Source: Mobula hypostoma (lineage: Eukaryota). Taken from it: a stretch of 64,000 nucleotides of DNA. Below, piece after piece: positions 47,919 to 59,432 of the stretch (position 1 is the first letter of the stretch; every line of letters begins with the position of its first letter). The translations under genes and the position numbers were made by a program. Below the pieces are notes generated by a model. The model saw only the letters and a program-made list of their open reading frames with translations, was not told the origin of the DNA and did not search any database. The stretch is taken from assembly GCF_963921235.1 (NCBI RefSeq), contig NC_086108.1:73534001-73598000 (forward strand). Reading direction: 5' to 3'.

Positions 47919-48933
47919 AAGAGGGGGAGGGGGCAGGGGCCCTATAAAGAAGGTGGGGGGAAGGTGGGAAGGAGAAGGCTGGTAGGTTCCAGTTGAAAAA
48001 CCAGTAAGGGGAAAGATCAAGTGGTGGGGGAGGGGATAGGCAGGAAAGGTGAAGAAGGAATAGGGGAAAGCACAATGGATAGTAGAAGGAGGCGGAACCA
48101 TGAGGGAGGTGATAGGCAGCTGGGGGAGGGGGCACCCCACCAGCCTCCGGATCCAGCACATTATCCTCCGCAACTTCCGCCACATTCAACAGGACCCCAC
48201 CACTAAACACACCTTTCTCTCTATACCCTTCTCCACTTTCCACAGGGATCATTCCCTCTGCGACTCCCTGGTCCACACGTCCCCCCCCATGGATCTCCCA
48301 CCCGGCACTTATCCCTGTAAGTGTAAGTGCTACACCTGTCCCTACACCTCCTGTCTCGCCAACATTCAGGGCCCCAAACAGTTCTTCCAGGTGAGGCAAC
48401 ACTTCACTTGTGAGTCTGTTGGGGTCATCTATTGCATCTGGTGCTCCCGGTGCGGCCTCCTCTACATCAGTGAGACCTGACGCAGATTGGGGGACCGCTT
48501 CGTCGAACACCTCCGCTCCGTCTGCCACAACAGACAGGATCTCCCGGTTGATGGCCTCCTCTACTGCCATGATGAGGCTAAACTCAGGCTGGAGGAGCAA
48601 CAACTCATATACTGTCTGAGTAGTCTCCAGCCCCTTGGTATGAACATTGAATTCTCCAACTTCTGGTAATTCTCTCCCTCTCCCATCCCCCAACACAGTT
48701 TCATTCTGCCCCCTCCCTCAGCTGCCTAATACCTCCCTCATGGTTCCACCTCCTTCTGCTACCCATTGTGCTTTCCCCTATTCCTTCTTCACCTTTCCTG
48801 CCTATCACCTCCCTGCTTCCTTTCCCCCACCACTTTATTTTTCCCCTTACTGGTTTTTCACCTGGTACCTACTAGCCTTCTCCTTCCCAATCTCCCCCCA
48901 TCATCTTTATAGGGCCCCTGCCCCCTCCCTCTT

Positions 48934-48971
48934 CAGTCCTGAGGAAGGGTCTCGGCCTGAAACATTGACTG
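48934..48971 (+). ncRNA. Minimal hammerhead ribozyme, stem III mutated
   Basis: CAGTC-CTGAGGA-AGGGTCTCGGCCT-GAAAC-ATT-GACTG. Confidence 0.65.
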
Positions 48972-49861
48972 TTCTTTTCCACGGATGCTGCCTGACCTGC
49001 TGAGTTCCTCCAGCGTTTTGTGCGTGTTGCTCCGAACATATTATGTTGGCAGTGCAAGCATGGTAACACTTGCGGGCTGCCCCCAGCACAATTCTCAGTT
49101 TATGCTGGTTGCAAATGACACATTTCATTGTATGTTTCGATGTTTCATGAGATAAATAAAGCTAATCTTCTTCATCTTCTGGAGGATATGGAAAGAGCTG
49201 AACAGGAGAAGGTATTCTAATTAGCGGAGGTTTCAAGAACCAGCACATGGAATGAAAGTGAAAGTCAAAACATTGCAGATGATGGAAATCTGAAATAAAA
49301 ACATTCTATAGTCAGGCAGCAACTGAGGAAGAGGAAACATTATTAATATTTTGAGTTGACCTGCTGATTGGTTTCACCTTTTTCTGGTGGACAAAGGAAC
49401 CGATAAGACACAAAAGGAAATGTGAAAGCATGTCTGGAATACAGTCCCAAGCTTAGCGGTGGAAGGAGATTCAGTTGTGGCACTCGTAAGATATCTGCAT
49501 GGATATTTGAATAAAATAATTTACAAATCATAGGCAGTGACTTGGCCCGGTGACCAGCTGGTTTCCTTTCACACAGAGCTGTTACAAACCTATTAGGGCT
49601 GAATGCCCAGGTTGTGCGGTAACTGTTCAGTGACTCTGTAATTCCAAGAAAATTCATGTTGCAAGTGAATAAATTAAAATCAGATTTCTTCTGAAACATC
49701 ATGAAATAGGTTTAGCCTTCAGAAATTAACTTGGCACATTATGTGTATTTGCTATCATCTCTTCCCTGAACCCAGCCAGCATTTTAGTGCATTTCAAACC
49801 ATGTACAAGCCTCTAACAAGAGGAATGCAGGACAATTTTCTTCCATTTCTTAACATAACTA

Positions 49862-50424
49862 CACTTAATGGTCATTTTATCAGGTACACCTTTACTCCTG
49901 CTCGTTAATGTAATTATCTAATCAGCCAATAATGTGGAAGCAACTCAATGCATAAAAGCATTCAGACATCGTCAAGAGATCAGTTGTTGTTCAGCCCAAA
50001 CATCAGAACATCCGTAGCACTAAGAAGATATCTGCATAGGTATTTGGAAATAAAAAATAATTGACAAATCTCAGGCAGAGAATTGATAGGGAGACCAGCT
50101 GGTTGCCTTTCACGCTGTCACTGGAGCTCACAGAAAATGGTGCGCAAAAACAAAAAACCTCCAGTGAACGGCGGTTCTGTGGGCAAAGTCGCCTTGTTAA
50201 CGAGAGAGCTCAGAGGAGAACGACCAGACTAGTTCGAGCTGATGGGAAGGCCACAGTAACTCAAATAACCATGTGTTACAACAGCGGGGTGCAGGAGAGC
50301 ACCTCTGAATACACAACACGTCGAACCTTGATGTCGATGGGCTACAGCAGCAGAAAACCATGAACAGATATTCAGTAGCTATTTTATCAGGTACAGGAGG
50401 TACCTAATAAAGTGGCCACTGAGA
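49862..50424 (+). mobile_element. Tc1-derived non-autonomous element (copy 3)
   Basis: Degenerate left TIR after TA; Tc1 remnant KTSSERRFCGQSRLVNERAQRRTTRLVRAD; terminal TIR hairpin at 50368-50424. Confidence 0.85.
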
Positions 50425-50642
50425 GTTTATGGTGGTGGAGTTGAACAACTAGCATTCTAAGATATTACGATTATTTTATTCCCTTTGGGAAACACCTTTG
50501 GCTCAATCCAGTAAATTTCTTCCCCCATGCACATCGTGCCTTTTCATAATCTTGAGTGAGAACAGAATCACACAAACAGGCTTTATCATTTTATGATGTG
50601 ATGCAATAGCAGAACACACTCCATCTGTAGATGACTGGTTTC

Positions 50643-52477
50643 TTTCTTTCTTTTTAAATCTTTTTATTGAATAAGTATACAAAAAGGTAAGCCATATAGG
50701 CAATAATACACTGTTAGAATATAATAAAATTACAGGAGATATTAATACAGATAAAAAATGATACAAAGTAATTTAAACATAACATAATAAGGTAACATAA
50801 TAGTATCCTAATTTTTATATATATATATCAATAGAGAAAAGGAAAAAAAAACCAAAACCACCCCCCCCAAAAAAAACCCACCATGCAACTAAACTAAAAG
50901 CAAAGCAAAGCAATAGGCTAACTTGGAACCAAGTAGTTAAAAAACTTAAAATCACATCCTCAAACCCGACCTCCGGTAAAAACAGTAAAAAAAAACAAGA
51001 AGGGAATATAAATATGGAGCAAAAAAGAGAAGAAAACAAAATTACATTAAATGAAAATATTGAATAAAAGATCTCCAGGTCTGTTCAAATTTAAGTGAGG
51101 AATCATAGAGATTGCTTCGAATTTTCTCCAAATTCAAGCATAATATCGTCTGAGAAAACCAAAAAAAGGTAGTTGGAACATTAAGCTCTTTCCAATGTTG
51201 TAAGATACATCTTTTCGCCATTAAAGTAAGAAATGCAATCATTCTACGGGCTGAAGGAGAAAGATTACTGGAAATTTTAGGTAATCCAAAGATAGCAGTA
51301 ATAGGGTGAGGAGAGATATCTATATTCAATACCTTTGAGATAATATTAAAAATGTCTCTCCAAAAAGTTTCCAGTGTAGGACAAGACCAAAACGTATGAG
51401 TTAAAGAGGCTATCTGTCCCAGACATCTATCACAAAAAGGATTAATATGAGAACAAAAACGAGCTAATTTATCTTTGGACATATGTGCTCCATGAACAAC
51501 TTTAAATTGAATTAGGGAATGTTTAGCACAGATAGAGGAAGTATTGAATAATTGTAAAATCTGCCCCCAGTCATCCACGGAAATGATAGAACCCAATTCC
51601 TGTTCCCAATCTACCCTAATCTTATCAAATGGAGCTTTCCTAAGTTTCATAATAATATTATAAATCATAGCCGATGCACCTTTCTGTCATGGATTAAGGT
51701 TAATTATAGTATCTAAAATATATGTAGGAGGAAGCATTGGAAAGGAAGAAAGTATAGTACTCAGGAAATTTCTAACTTGTAGATATCTAAAAAAATGTAC
51801 TCTTGATAAATTATATTTATTAGATAATTGTTCAAAAGACATAAGGGAACCATCTAAAAATAAATCCAAAAACCGTGAAATACCCTTAGTCTTCCAAATT
51901 TGAAAAGCACAATCTGTGAAAGAGGGAGGAAAAAATATGTTACCTAAAATGGGAATCGCTAGCCCAAATTGGTTAAGATCAAAAAATTTTCTGAATTGAA
52001 ACCAAATACGTAAGGTATATTTAACTATCGGGTTAGAGACCTGTTTGATGCGTTTCAAATCAAAAGGAAGAGAGGAACCTAAAATAGAGCCAAGTGTATA
52101 GCCCTGAACAGATTGTAATTCCAATGCTGCCCATTTAGGAATGGATAGTATATCCTGGTCAAGTAACCAAAATTTCATATGTCGAATATTAATTGCCCAA
52201 TAATAGAATCTAAAGTTAGGTAATGCTAAACCTCCATCTCTCTTAGCTTTCTGTAAATGTATTTTACCCAGTCTCGGGTTTTTATTTTGCCAAATAAATG
52301 AAGAAATTTTTGAGTCAACTTTATCAAAAAAAGATTTTGGAACAAAAATCGGTAATGCCTGAAATATATATAAAAATTTTGGCAGAAAAAACATCTTAAC
52401 TGCATTAATACGACCAATCAAAGTTAAATATAATGGAAACCATTTAGATGAAAGTTGAATAATATGGTCAATTAAGG
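50643..52477 (-). mobile_element. L1-clade LINE, 5'-truncated
   Basis: ORF2 C-terminus (GRINAVKMFFLPKFLY, GGLALPNF..YYWA, CDRC..LTHTFWSC zinc knuckle) with one in-frame stop at 51687; AATAAA and (AAAG)n tail; 16-bp TSD GTAGATGACTGGTTTC at 50627-42 and 52478-93. Confidence 0.95.
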
Positions 52478-53747
52478 GTAGATGACTGGTTTCAAAAGAA
52501 ACTTCACTGTATATTTATATGATGCAAGAAGCAATTTATTGTATATTTATATCACAGCTCCCAGCAGTGAGGAATCTGCCCCATTTATATTGCAGGGTAA
52601 TTTTCACAGTGCCTCATTAACAATTGTGCTTTTGATTCCTTGCTTGCAGAGCTTCCCCTGATGACTGCCTGATCCTTCATAAATGTGATTCCTTGCCATT
52701 TTCTCCCCTCCAAAGGTCATACGTCTATTTAATATTCATCAGCAAATTGCTTTCTACACCAAAAAAATTAAGTAACATTTCTGGCCTCTTTCAAATAGTT
52801 TGCATGAATTTGTTCACGTTGATGATTTCAAAGCACTTTGGTTTTTGAAATATGGTGCAAGAAATCTAGGCAGCGTTATTGTCAGCAAAAATAACTATTT
52901 AGAGCTATTTAAAAAATGTAAATTTGATTCATTTCCTTCCCTAAAGAGAATTTTGGTGATGGATTAAATGGTAATTCCATAAAAGTTGTTCTAAAATTCC
53001 CGTTGTTTGCCTGAAGCTAATTAATACTATTGAATTCATTGAAACCAGCTTGGGATTCAGTTGCAATGTTGTGCCATGCTGGTGACAACAGCAGGTTTTC
53101 TCGCTCCCTTGAATGAATAATCAGTTCATTTCTTCCACTTGTCAAACCAAAAGTCATTAAAGGGCCTCAGTGGAAGAGGAAAAGATGGGAAAATAGAACA
53201 CCTGAAATGAAGCTTCTCCTACACCAGCTTGTACCAGAACCGAGAGAGTTGGGAGGTGAATAAGTACAAATGGCAGATCTCCACAGTGGCAGACAGATAA
53301 ACACATTTAATAAACAAACTGGTCTAGATGAGTCTTAAACTCAGTAGTGTCTGGTTGAAAATAATGAAAGAAGTTATAGCACAGAGCTCAGCATATACCT
53401 GAGCCACCTTGGCCACAGCTGCCCTTGTGCCACCAACTATTACAAAAGGCTGCCTGCTCAGGCTTGAGGGGGTCTACATCAAGGTAATAAACAGCTAACT
53501 GGAAACCTTTGCCAACTACTGCAAGAGGAATTGACAATGAATCAGTGAAATTGATAAAGCATCAATGATTGTTGTCAACATTCATAAATTTACTTATCTA
53601 GCTCAGTGGCCACCTTATTGAATACCTTCTGTACCTTATCAAGTGGCCACTGAGTGGATGTTCGCAGTCTCCAGCTGCTGGAGCCCATCTACTTCAAGGA
53701 TCAACATCTTGTGTACTTGGAGATGCTTTTCTGCACACCACTGTTGT

Positions 53748-54185
53748 CGTCGTCATGGCTATCCCTCGAGGTCGCGGATGATGGTCTTCATCCTGAAGAA
53801 GTGGCCCACAGAGCGAAGACGTCTATGCGTGTATTTGTTTAACGTGTACTTGATGTTGCACTCCAAGAAGCACACGATACTTCACAAATCAACCAATTGA
53901 TTCCAATGGCATGGAAACCACGGCGATTGGAGCTGATGGATTTGTTGCAGCCTTCATCCGCCTTCACAGCCGTTGAGTTCGAAGTAACTTCATCCGCCTG
54001 TTCCACCATTGAGGTCTTGGTTGGATTGTTGTTTGTCAGGGACCTCACCCTCGACCTTACCGTCATGGGTGACCCTACCAGGAGCATAGCTCCAGACGAC
54101 ATTGCTCTCGGGATCACAGGACCACACAAGCTTCTCCACCACGACAAGGTGACAATCCACGGAGAAGCTTGTGTGTAATGACAAT
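53748..54185 (-). mobile_element. Bipartite non-autonomous RTE derivative (5' head plus 3' tail)
   Basis: 53795-54167 matches RTE 4105-4478; 53748-53795 matches RTE 560-606; 10-bp TSD CCACTGTTGT at 53738-47 and 54186-95. Confidence 0.93.
54023..54167 (-). ncRNA. Second copy of the candidate HDV-like ribozyme
   Basis: Same 145-nt span and same P1, P2 and P3 pairings as 4334-4478; loop TTGTCGT resembles the CPEB3 L3 loop TTCACGT. Confidence 0.55.
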
Positions 54186-55604
54186 CCACTGTTGTAATGT
54201 GTGGCTATTTGAGTTACTGTTGCCTTCCTGTTAGCTTGAACCATTCTGGCTGTTCTCCTTTGACCTCTCTCATTAACAAGGTGTTTTTGCCCACAGAACT
54301 GCCACGCACTGGATGTTTTTTGTTGTTTTGTTTGCACTGTTATCTGTAAACTCTAGATACTGTTGTGCATGAAATTCTATGATTTCTGAGATACTTAAAC
54401 CACCCTGTCTGGCACCGACAATCATTCAACAGTCAAATTTCTTCCCCATTCTGATGTTTAGTCTGAACAACAACTGAACCTCTAGGGCATGTCTGCATGT
54501 TTTATGCCTTGAATTGCTGTCACATGATTGGATAATTACATATTTGCATTACAAGGTGTTCCTCTGTACCTAATAAAGTGGCGACTGAGTGTATAATCAT
54601 ATATATGTCAAATATATCGAACAAGTGAAAAAATTTAATCTTCTGTACTAAACAACATGATATGGGTATCCAATTCAACTACAATAATGAGCATGCATGG
54701 ATTTGGAGGTAATCTATTAGTTGGATAAGGAATTAGTTGGGAGGCAGGAATCAGAAAGCAAAGATAATTAATGTTAACAAGATGTATTTAGTAGTATCCT
54801 TTAGAATATATACCGGGGGGGGGGGGGTTAACTTTCGCTATTTGGTTGAAAGAACAAAGAGCCATTTATCCATATTTCTGAAAATATATACTATCCTCAG
54901 TGAAGTTGAATCTGAGGTCCACAGAAAAATAATATGTAATAAATCAGTTAATTTTTTAAAAATCATAAACTAGATATTCATTGGCTTGCATTTGGAAAGG
55001 CTAATCTAAGGATTTTCAAGGTGATCAAAGAAGCTTATAGGAGAGATAGGGACAAACTATTTTCTTTGATGTTCAGAAACAGGACTCTAAAATTTGAATT
55101 TTAGATAAAAAGAGAATCATCTTAATGCCTGATGCATCCAATGAATACAGGCAAACTGATCCGATGGCTGATCTTTCATGGTCTCCATTGGGCATGAGTG
55201 GAATCCCCAAAGGTTTCGAAACTGCATGTGAATTATTCAGTTACATTCTAAATCCTCGAGGCATGGGAGCATGATTAATAATTAAAATTAGAGAACCAAT
55301 ACTTAACCCTAGAGTTTACAGCAGGGGCTTCCACAATTTAAATGGGTGACATCAGTATGGCATGTTAAACAACTGAGAGAAGTCACAGCACCAATGGCTT
55401 CCCTGTGATCCTAATTCTACATGAAAGCTTGGATTGAATTTTAATTCAGGATTTACATTATATAATCCAAGACCATCTAGTAATCTGATACTGTTTAGGA
55501 ACATTCTGCCCTAGATCCTCTGTTACTCCTTTTCCTGCAGCTGTTACTGCATTAGAGCATAGAATAGAACAGTACAGTATGGGAAAAGGCCCTTTGACTC
55601 ACAA

Positions 55605-56040
55605 TCAACACACACAAAACATGGAGGAACTCAGCAAGTCAAGCAGGATCAATGGATGTGAATAAACAGTCGATGTTTCAGATTCAGACTGGTCATCAGG
55701 ACTGGAAATGAAGGGGGCAGAAGCCAGAATAAGAAGGTTAGGGCAGGGGAAGGAGTACAAGCTGGCAGGCAATAGGTGAAACTAGGCGAAGGGGGAGGTG
55801 GCTGAATGGAAACGGTGGAATGAAATAAGTAGTTGGCAGGTGATAGGTGGAAGAGATAAAAGGCTGAAGAAGGAGGAATCTAATAGGAGAGAATAGTGGA
55901 CCATGAAAGGTAAGGAAGAAGTGAACCAGAGGGAGGTGATGGCCAGATGAGAAGAGAAGAGGAAGAGGGTAACCAGAATGTGGAATAGGAAAAGAGGGAA
56001 GCAGGGAGGGGGGAGGGATTACCAGAAGTTTGAGAGTCAA
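55605..56040 (-). mobile_element. Older Penelope pseudo-LTR with diverged hammerhead
   Basis: Minus strand CAGTC-CTGATGA-...-GAAAC-ATC-GACTG at 55667-55704; pyrimidine-rich UTR; SNFW* end near 56020. Confidence 0.8.
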
Positions 56041-56267
56041 GGCCCACGATACTTATGTCAATCACAAAGACCGCAAAGCTTGTCCACCACTCTGTGGACA
56101 AAATGCAATATCAAATAGAGTTTCAGTACATTCAAATGCAGAGAACTCTTGGATCCACTGCTACAATGCCCAGGCAAACAACTCTACACAGAAATGCTCA
56201 AAGTCAACCTAAATCTCATGGAATCAATCTTACAGCGCAAAAAGATGAGACAACAAATAACTGACCT

Positions 56268-57520
56268 CTTCCACTGACATCTTCTACAAGCCCACTGACT
56301 CTCATAACTACCTCAACTATACCTCTTCCCACCCAGCCACATGCAAAAATGCCATTCCCTATGCCCAGTTCCTCCGTCTCTGCCGCATCTGCTCCGAGGA
56401 TGAGGTTTTCCGTTCCAGGACATCTGAAATGTCCTCATTCTTTAAGAATCGTGGTTTCCCTTCTGCTGTCATCAGTGATGCCCTCACCCGCATCCCCTCC
56501 ATTTCCCGCACTTCGGCTCTCACCCCATCCTCCCGCCACCACAACAGGGACAGAGTTCCCCTTGTCCTCACCTACCACCCCACTAGCCTCCAGATCCAAC
56601 ACATTATCCTCCGCAACTACTGCCACCTTCAACAGGACCCCACCACTAAGCACATCTTTCCCTCTCCACCCCTCTCCGCCTTCCGCAGGGATCGGTCCCT
56701 CCGCGACTCCCTGGTCCACACGTCCCTCCCCACGGATCTCCCAACTGGCACTTATCCCTGTAAGCGCAAGTGCTACACCTGTCCCTACACCTCCTCTCTT
56801 GCCACCATTCAGAGCCCCAACCAGTCCTTCCAAGTGAGGCAACACTTCACTTGTGAGTCTGTTGGGGTCATCTATTGCATCCGGTGCTCCCGGTGTGGCC
56901 TCCTCTACATCTGTGAAACCCGACGCAGATTGGGGGACCACTTCGTCGAGCACCTCCGCTCCATCCGCCACAACAGACAGGATCTCCCAGTTGCCACCCA
57001 CTTCAGCTCTGCTTCCCATTCCCATTCGGATATGTCCATACATGGCCTCCTCTACTGCCATGATGAGGCTAAACTCAGGTTGGAGGAGCAACACCTCATA
57101 TACCGTCTTGGTAGTCTCCAGCCCCTTGGTATGAACATAGAATTCTCCAACTTCCGGTAATTCCCTCCCCCTCCCTTCTTCTATCCCTATGTCACTCTGC
57201 CCCCTCCCCCAGCTGCCTACCACCTCCCTCTTGGTTCCAATTCCTTCTACTACCCAGTATGTTTTCCCCTATTCTTTCTTCACCTTTCCTGCCTATCACC
57301 TCCCTGCCTCCCCTTCCCCACCCCTTTATCTTTCCCCTTACTGGTTTTTCACCTGGATCCTACCAGCCTTCTCCTTCCCACCCTCCCCCCACCTTCTTTA
57401 TAGGGCCTCTGCCCCTTCCCTCTTCAGTCCTGACGAAGGGTTCCAGCCCGAAATGTCGACCGATCTTTTCCATGGATGCTGCCCGACCTGCTGAGTTCCT
57501 CCAGCATGTTTTGAGTGTTG
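56268..57520 (+). mobile_element. Penelope-like element 3' portion (subfamily B)
   Basis: TDIFYKPTDSHNYL, LRLCRICS, GVIYCIRCSRCGLLYICET..EQHLIYRLG; pseudo-LTR; 13-bp TSD AAATAACTGACCT at 56255-67 and 57521-33. Confidence 0.95.
57425..57462 (+). ncRNA. Minimal hammerhead ribozyme
   Basis: CAGTC-CTGACGA-AGGGTTCCAGCCC-GAAAT-GTC-GACCG. Confidence 0.75.
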
Positions 57521-58857
57521 AAATAACTGACCTTAATCACTGGAACTGTGTCACCATTGTAGAAATAAGTTGTAAAGGCCAGGAACACGTCATTTAACCT
57601 GTTCAGATCAGTCCAGCCTGGCATACTGCACAATCTCCACCTTTCCAGTGAGATCTGCTGAAGAAAGGCAAGCTGAAAATGAATGAAACCAATTTCTGAA
57701 GCAAATCTGATAAAATTCCTTTCATGCTCAATCAAGTTTTCTGGAGGAAGTTTCAATAATATTGGGCAACATTTACCCCTGATGCTTTTTATCACTAAAT
57801 CTAAGTATGTTAATGAATTACTGGGGGGGGGGTGCGGGTAACACTTTTCTCCTCATCTGCCATTGCCCTCAATCTTTGGTTTCACAGTTGCTTGCAATTA
57901 AAGTACCTTTAAATATGAGCATACAGTAAACAGGGCGATTAGAACTATGTATGGTAAATCCATGTGATGAGCTGCCAATGAATACTATACTTAAATAAAA
58001 TGGAAGGACCTTTTGTTGGTGAATCTCCATATTATAAATTAGGATGCAGTTCCATCCAATTCCAATGTCATCAAATAATCCGGGAGAAAGCTCTGCAAAT
58101 GGTCTCAAATCTAGTTCTAATCCCTGTAATATCATAATACCAATATGATTTAAAATTCTTTGATAATGTGTTAAGGTAAACAAGATCTAGCTTATAGTGC
58201 AAGCATATTAGGTAATGAACTTCCCTGATCATCTGGAAAAACACGACAATGATACACAATGCTTACAGTAAACTGGTAAAAGGATACCAGACCTATGAGG
58301 CATGAAGTTGCGCAAGATCGATTATAAATTGTCACAGATTAATACTGACCTCTACTGGAGTCATTTAACAAGAAGCTTCTACAACTGGAAAATCATTGCA
58401 ATTATTCTGTTAATGAGTATTAATGATATTTATGAGCATTGCAAAATTAATGCAATTTTTTTCATTTGTCAGATTAAATTAATTTTGGTTCAATATAAAA
58501 TATACAATTTATAAAAGCATACAATTTGAAATTTATTTAAATTGTTTAAAAATGTGGCAGAACATTTCAAATTACTAAACAAAAAATATATAGTAAACTG
58601 AGAGTGATATTTACCATATGACATCTTAACAGAAATAATTAAGCACAGATTCTTATTCCTTCGCATGTAGTTTAACCTCAGATGGCATTTCCTAAGCAAA
58701 GAGAAAAAAACACCTTTTCTGCACAGCATCAAAGCCAAACTTCTTGGTCATGATATGTTGTTACCTTTTCATCCAGGGTATTAGCTGTTTTCTTATATAA
58801 ATAGAGAAAACTGCAGGCACCCTCTCCTGAGTTACTTCTTATAATCACCTTTCCTCT

Positions 58858-59432
58858 GATAGATTAGATTAGATTAGATTAGATTAGATTCAACTTAATT
58901 GTCATTGTGCCGAGTAAAGATAGAAAGCCAATGAAATGCAGTTAGCATCTAACTAGAAATGCAAAGAACAGTGTTATTTACAAAATAACTGTGAATAAAA
59001 AGTAAGTGCTACAGCACACAAATATAAAAGTACTGAGATAGTCCAATATGGGTGTAATGCTGCTTAGCGCTGTGATGTGAGGTTCAGCAGGGTCACAGCC
59101 TCAGGGAAGAAGCTCTTCCTGTGCCTGCTGGTGCGGGAGTGGAGGCTCCTGTAGCGCCTACCGGATGGGAGGAGAGTAAAAAGTCCATAGCTAAGGTGAG
59201 ATGCATCCTTGATAATGCTTTTCGCCCTCCCCAGGCAGCGTTTATGGTAGATGTTCTCAATGGTGGGCAACTGGCTGCCGATAATCTGCTGGGCAGTTTT
59301 CACCACATGCTGGAGTGCTTTGCGGTCCGATACGGGACAATTACCATACCACACTGAGATGCAGTTGGTGAGTATGCTCTCAATGGTACAGCAGTAAAAA
59401 TCCATCAGTATCCTGGGACAGAGGTGAGCTCT
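58858..59432 (-). mobile_element. Rex1/Babar LINE 3' end
   Basis: FYCCTIESILTNCISVWYGN..LLPSGRRYRS..SFFPEAVTLLN; (AGATT)n microsatellite tail at 58861-58890. Confidence 0.93.

Larger units (their letters stand above)
47787..49030 (+). mobile_element. Penelope-like element (subfamily B) with inverted pseudo-LTR
   Basis: Antisense pseudo-LTR at 47787-48134, then sense linker, GIY-YIG and pseudo-LTR at 48133-49030; 14-bp TSD TCC(A/G)AACATATTAT at 47773-86 and 49031-44. Confidence 0.94.
47700..49175 (+). mobile_element. V-SINE 3' part split by a Penelope insertion
   Basis: V-domain remnant and GGTTAGGGTTA at 47700-47786; continues at 49031-49175 and matches the SINE tail at 9934-10075. Confidence 0.75.
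53601..54591 (-). mobile_element. Tc1-derived non-autonomous element (copy 4) hosting the RTE derivative
   Basis: TIR hairpin at 53601-53656; right TIR ends at 54591 before TA; collinear with 7230-7764. Confidence 0.9.

Noticed and set aside
47884..48696. 270-aa minus-strand ORF, and the similar 262-aa ORF at 56435-57223
   Set aside because: Antisense shadow frames of C-rich Penelope coding sequence.
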